Shown: in pieces, positions 35,545 through 35,823 of the stretch
How the letters are laid out: the number at the start of each line of letters is the position of its first letter
How positions within the stretch are numbered: the stretch's first letter is position 1
The notes under the pieces: generated by a model
What the model saw: only the letters and a program-made list of their open reading frames with translations
What the model was told of the DNA's origin: nothing
Databases searched by the model: none
Assembly (NCBI GenBank): GCA_945872325.1
Contig: CAMBZY010000001.1
Location: 1 to 35,823 of the forward strand
DNA from: Candidatus Kuenenia stuttgartensis
GTDB taxonomy: Bacteria > Planctomycetota > Planctomycetia > Isosphaerales > Isosphaeraceae
Direction: 5' to 3'
Length of the DNA stretch: 35,823 nucleotides
Made by a program: the position numbers and the translations under genes

Positions 35545-35823
35545 ATGAACAAGCAATCTCTCACGATATCCGGCCCAATGACGATCTACGAAGTGGGTGA
35601 CTGGCGCGAGCTTTTCCTCCACTCACTGAAATCAGGTTCGTCACTCGACGTCGACCTGCACACTTCAGGCCCTTGGGATACGGCTGGCCTGCAGCTTTTG
35701 ATCTCTCTTGTAAATACAGGTCATCAAAGAGATTGCGAAGTCAGGTTCCAACTCGTACCCAAAGTATGCCTTGATTTGGCCAGACGAGCCGGCCTGAGCG
35801 AGTGGCTTAGAAAATTGTCCAAC
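35545..35823 (+). CDS. STAS-domain protein (anti-sigma-factor antagonist family), 3' end outside the window
   Basis: This ORF is absent from the supplied track because it runs off the window. I translated it by hand from the ATG at 35545: MNKQSLTISGPMTIYEVGDWRELFLHSLKSGSSLDVDLHTSGPWDTAGLQLLISLVNTGHQRDCEVRFQLVPKVCLDLARRAGLSEWLRKLSN. The block DL..v...DTAGLQLL matches the STAS phosphosite helix, with Thr at the Ser/Thr position. Confidence 0.7.
   Translation, partial: MNKQSLTISGPMTIYEVGDWRELFLHSLKSGSSLDVDLHTSGPWDTAGLQLLISLVNTGHQRDCEVRFQLVPKVCLDLARRAGLSEWLRKLSN

Noticed and set aside
35344-35622. 92-aa minus-strand ORF
   Set aside because: It spans the REC-PP2C stop, the intergenic terminator and the start of the STAS gene. 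The plus-strand STAS reading has a clear family motif.

Overview
This is a 35.8-kb chromosomal segment. Its gene content suggests a Planctomycetota-like genome, though that is an inference because no search was possible. The pointers are a giant membrane Ser/Thr kinase with a WD40 sensor next to an ECF sigma factor, PEP-CTERM proteins, proline-rich protein tails, an N-terminal LEDRRVLS-type motif, and frequent weak or absent Shine-Dalgarno sequences. I can support 25 protein-coding genes, two of them cut by the window edges. Housekeeping genes are eno, pyk, leuA, nadD, priA, a YdiJ-like FAD/Fe-S oxidoreductase, a RidA-family protein, an acyl-CoA-dehydrogenase-like protein, an HtrA-family protease, a sugar-phosphate isomerase-like TIM-barrel protein and an alpha/beta hydrolase. 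Interleaved with these are two signalling modules (ECF sigma plus STK-WD40; REC-PP2C phosphatase plus STAS), two tandem paralogous PEP-CTERM proteins and several envelope proteins of unknown function. Several rho-independent terminators and hairpins are readable. I found no rRNA, tRNA, CRISPR array or intact mobile element. The only mobile-element candidate is a short promoter plus truncated, frameshifted N-terminal ORF downstream of the RidA gene. I did not find a clearly delimited novel multi-gene system. The best follow-up candidates are: (i) the ECF sigma/Ser-Thr kinase pair with the adjacent PEP-CTERM paralogs, (ii) the two-gene membrane-protein cassette between eno and pyk, and (iii) the REC-PP2C/STAS partner-switching module at the right edge. 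All start codons are best guesses, and the stop-side coordinates are the reliable ones.
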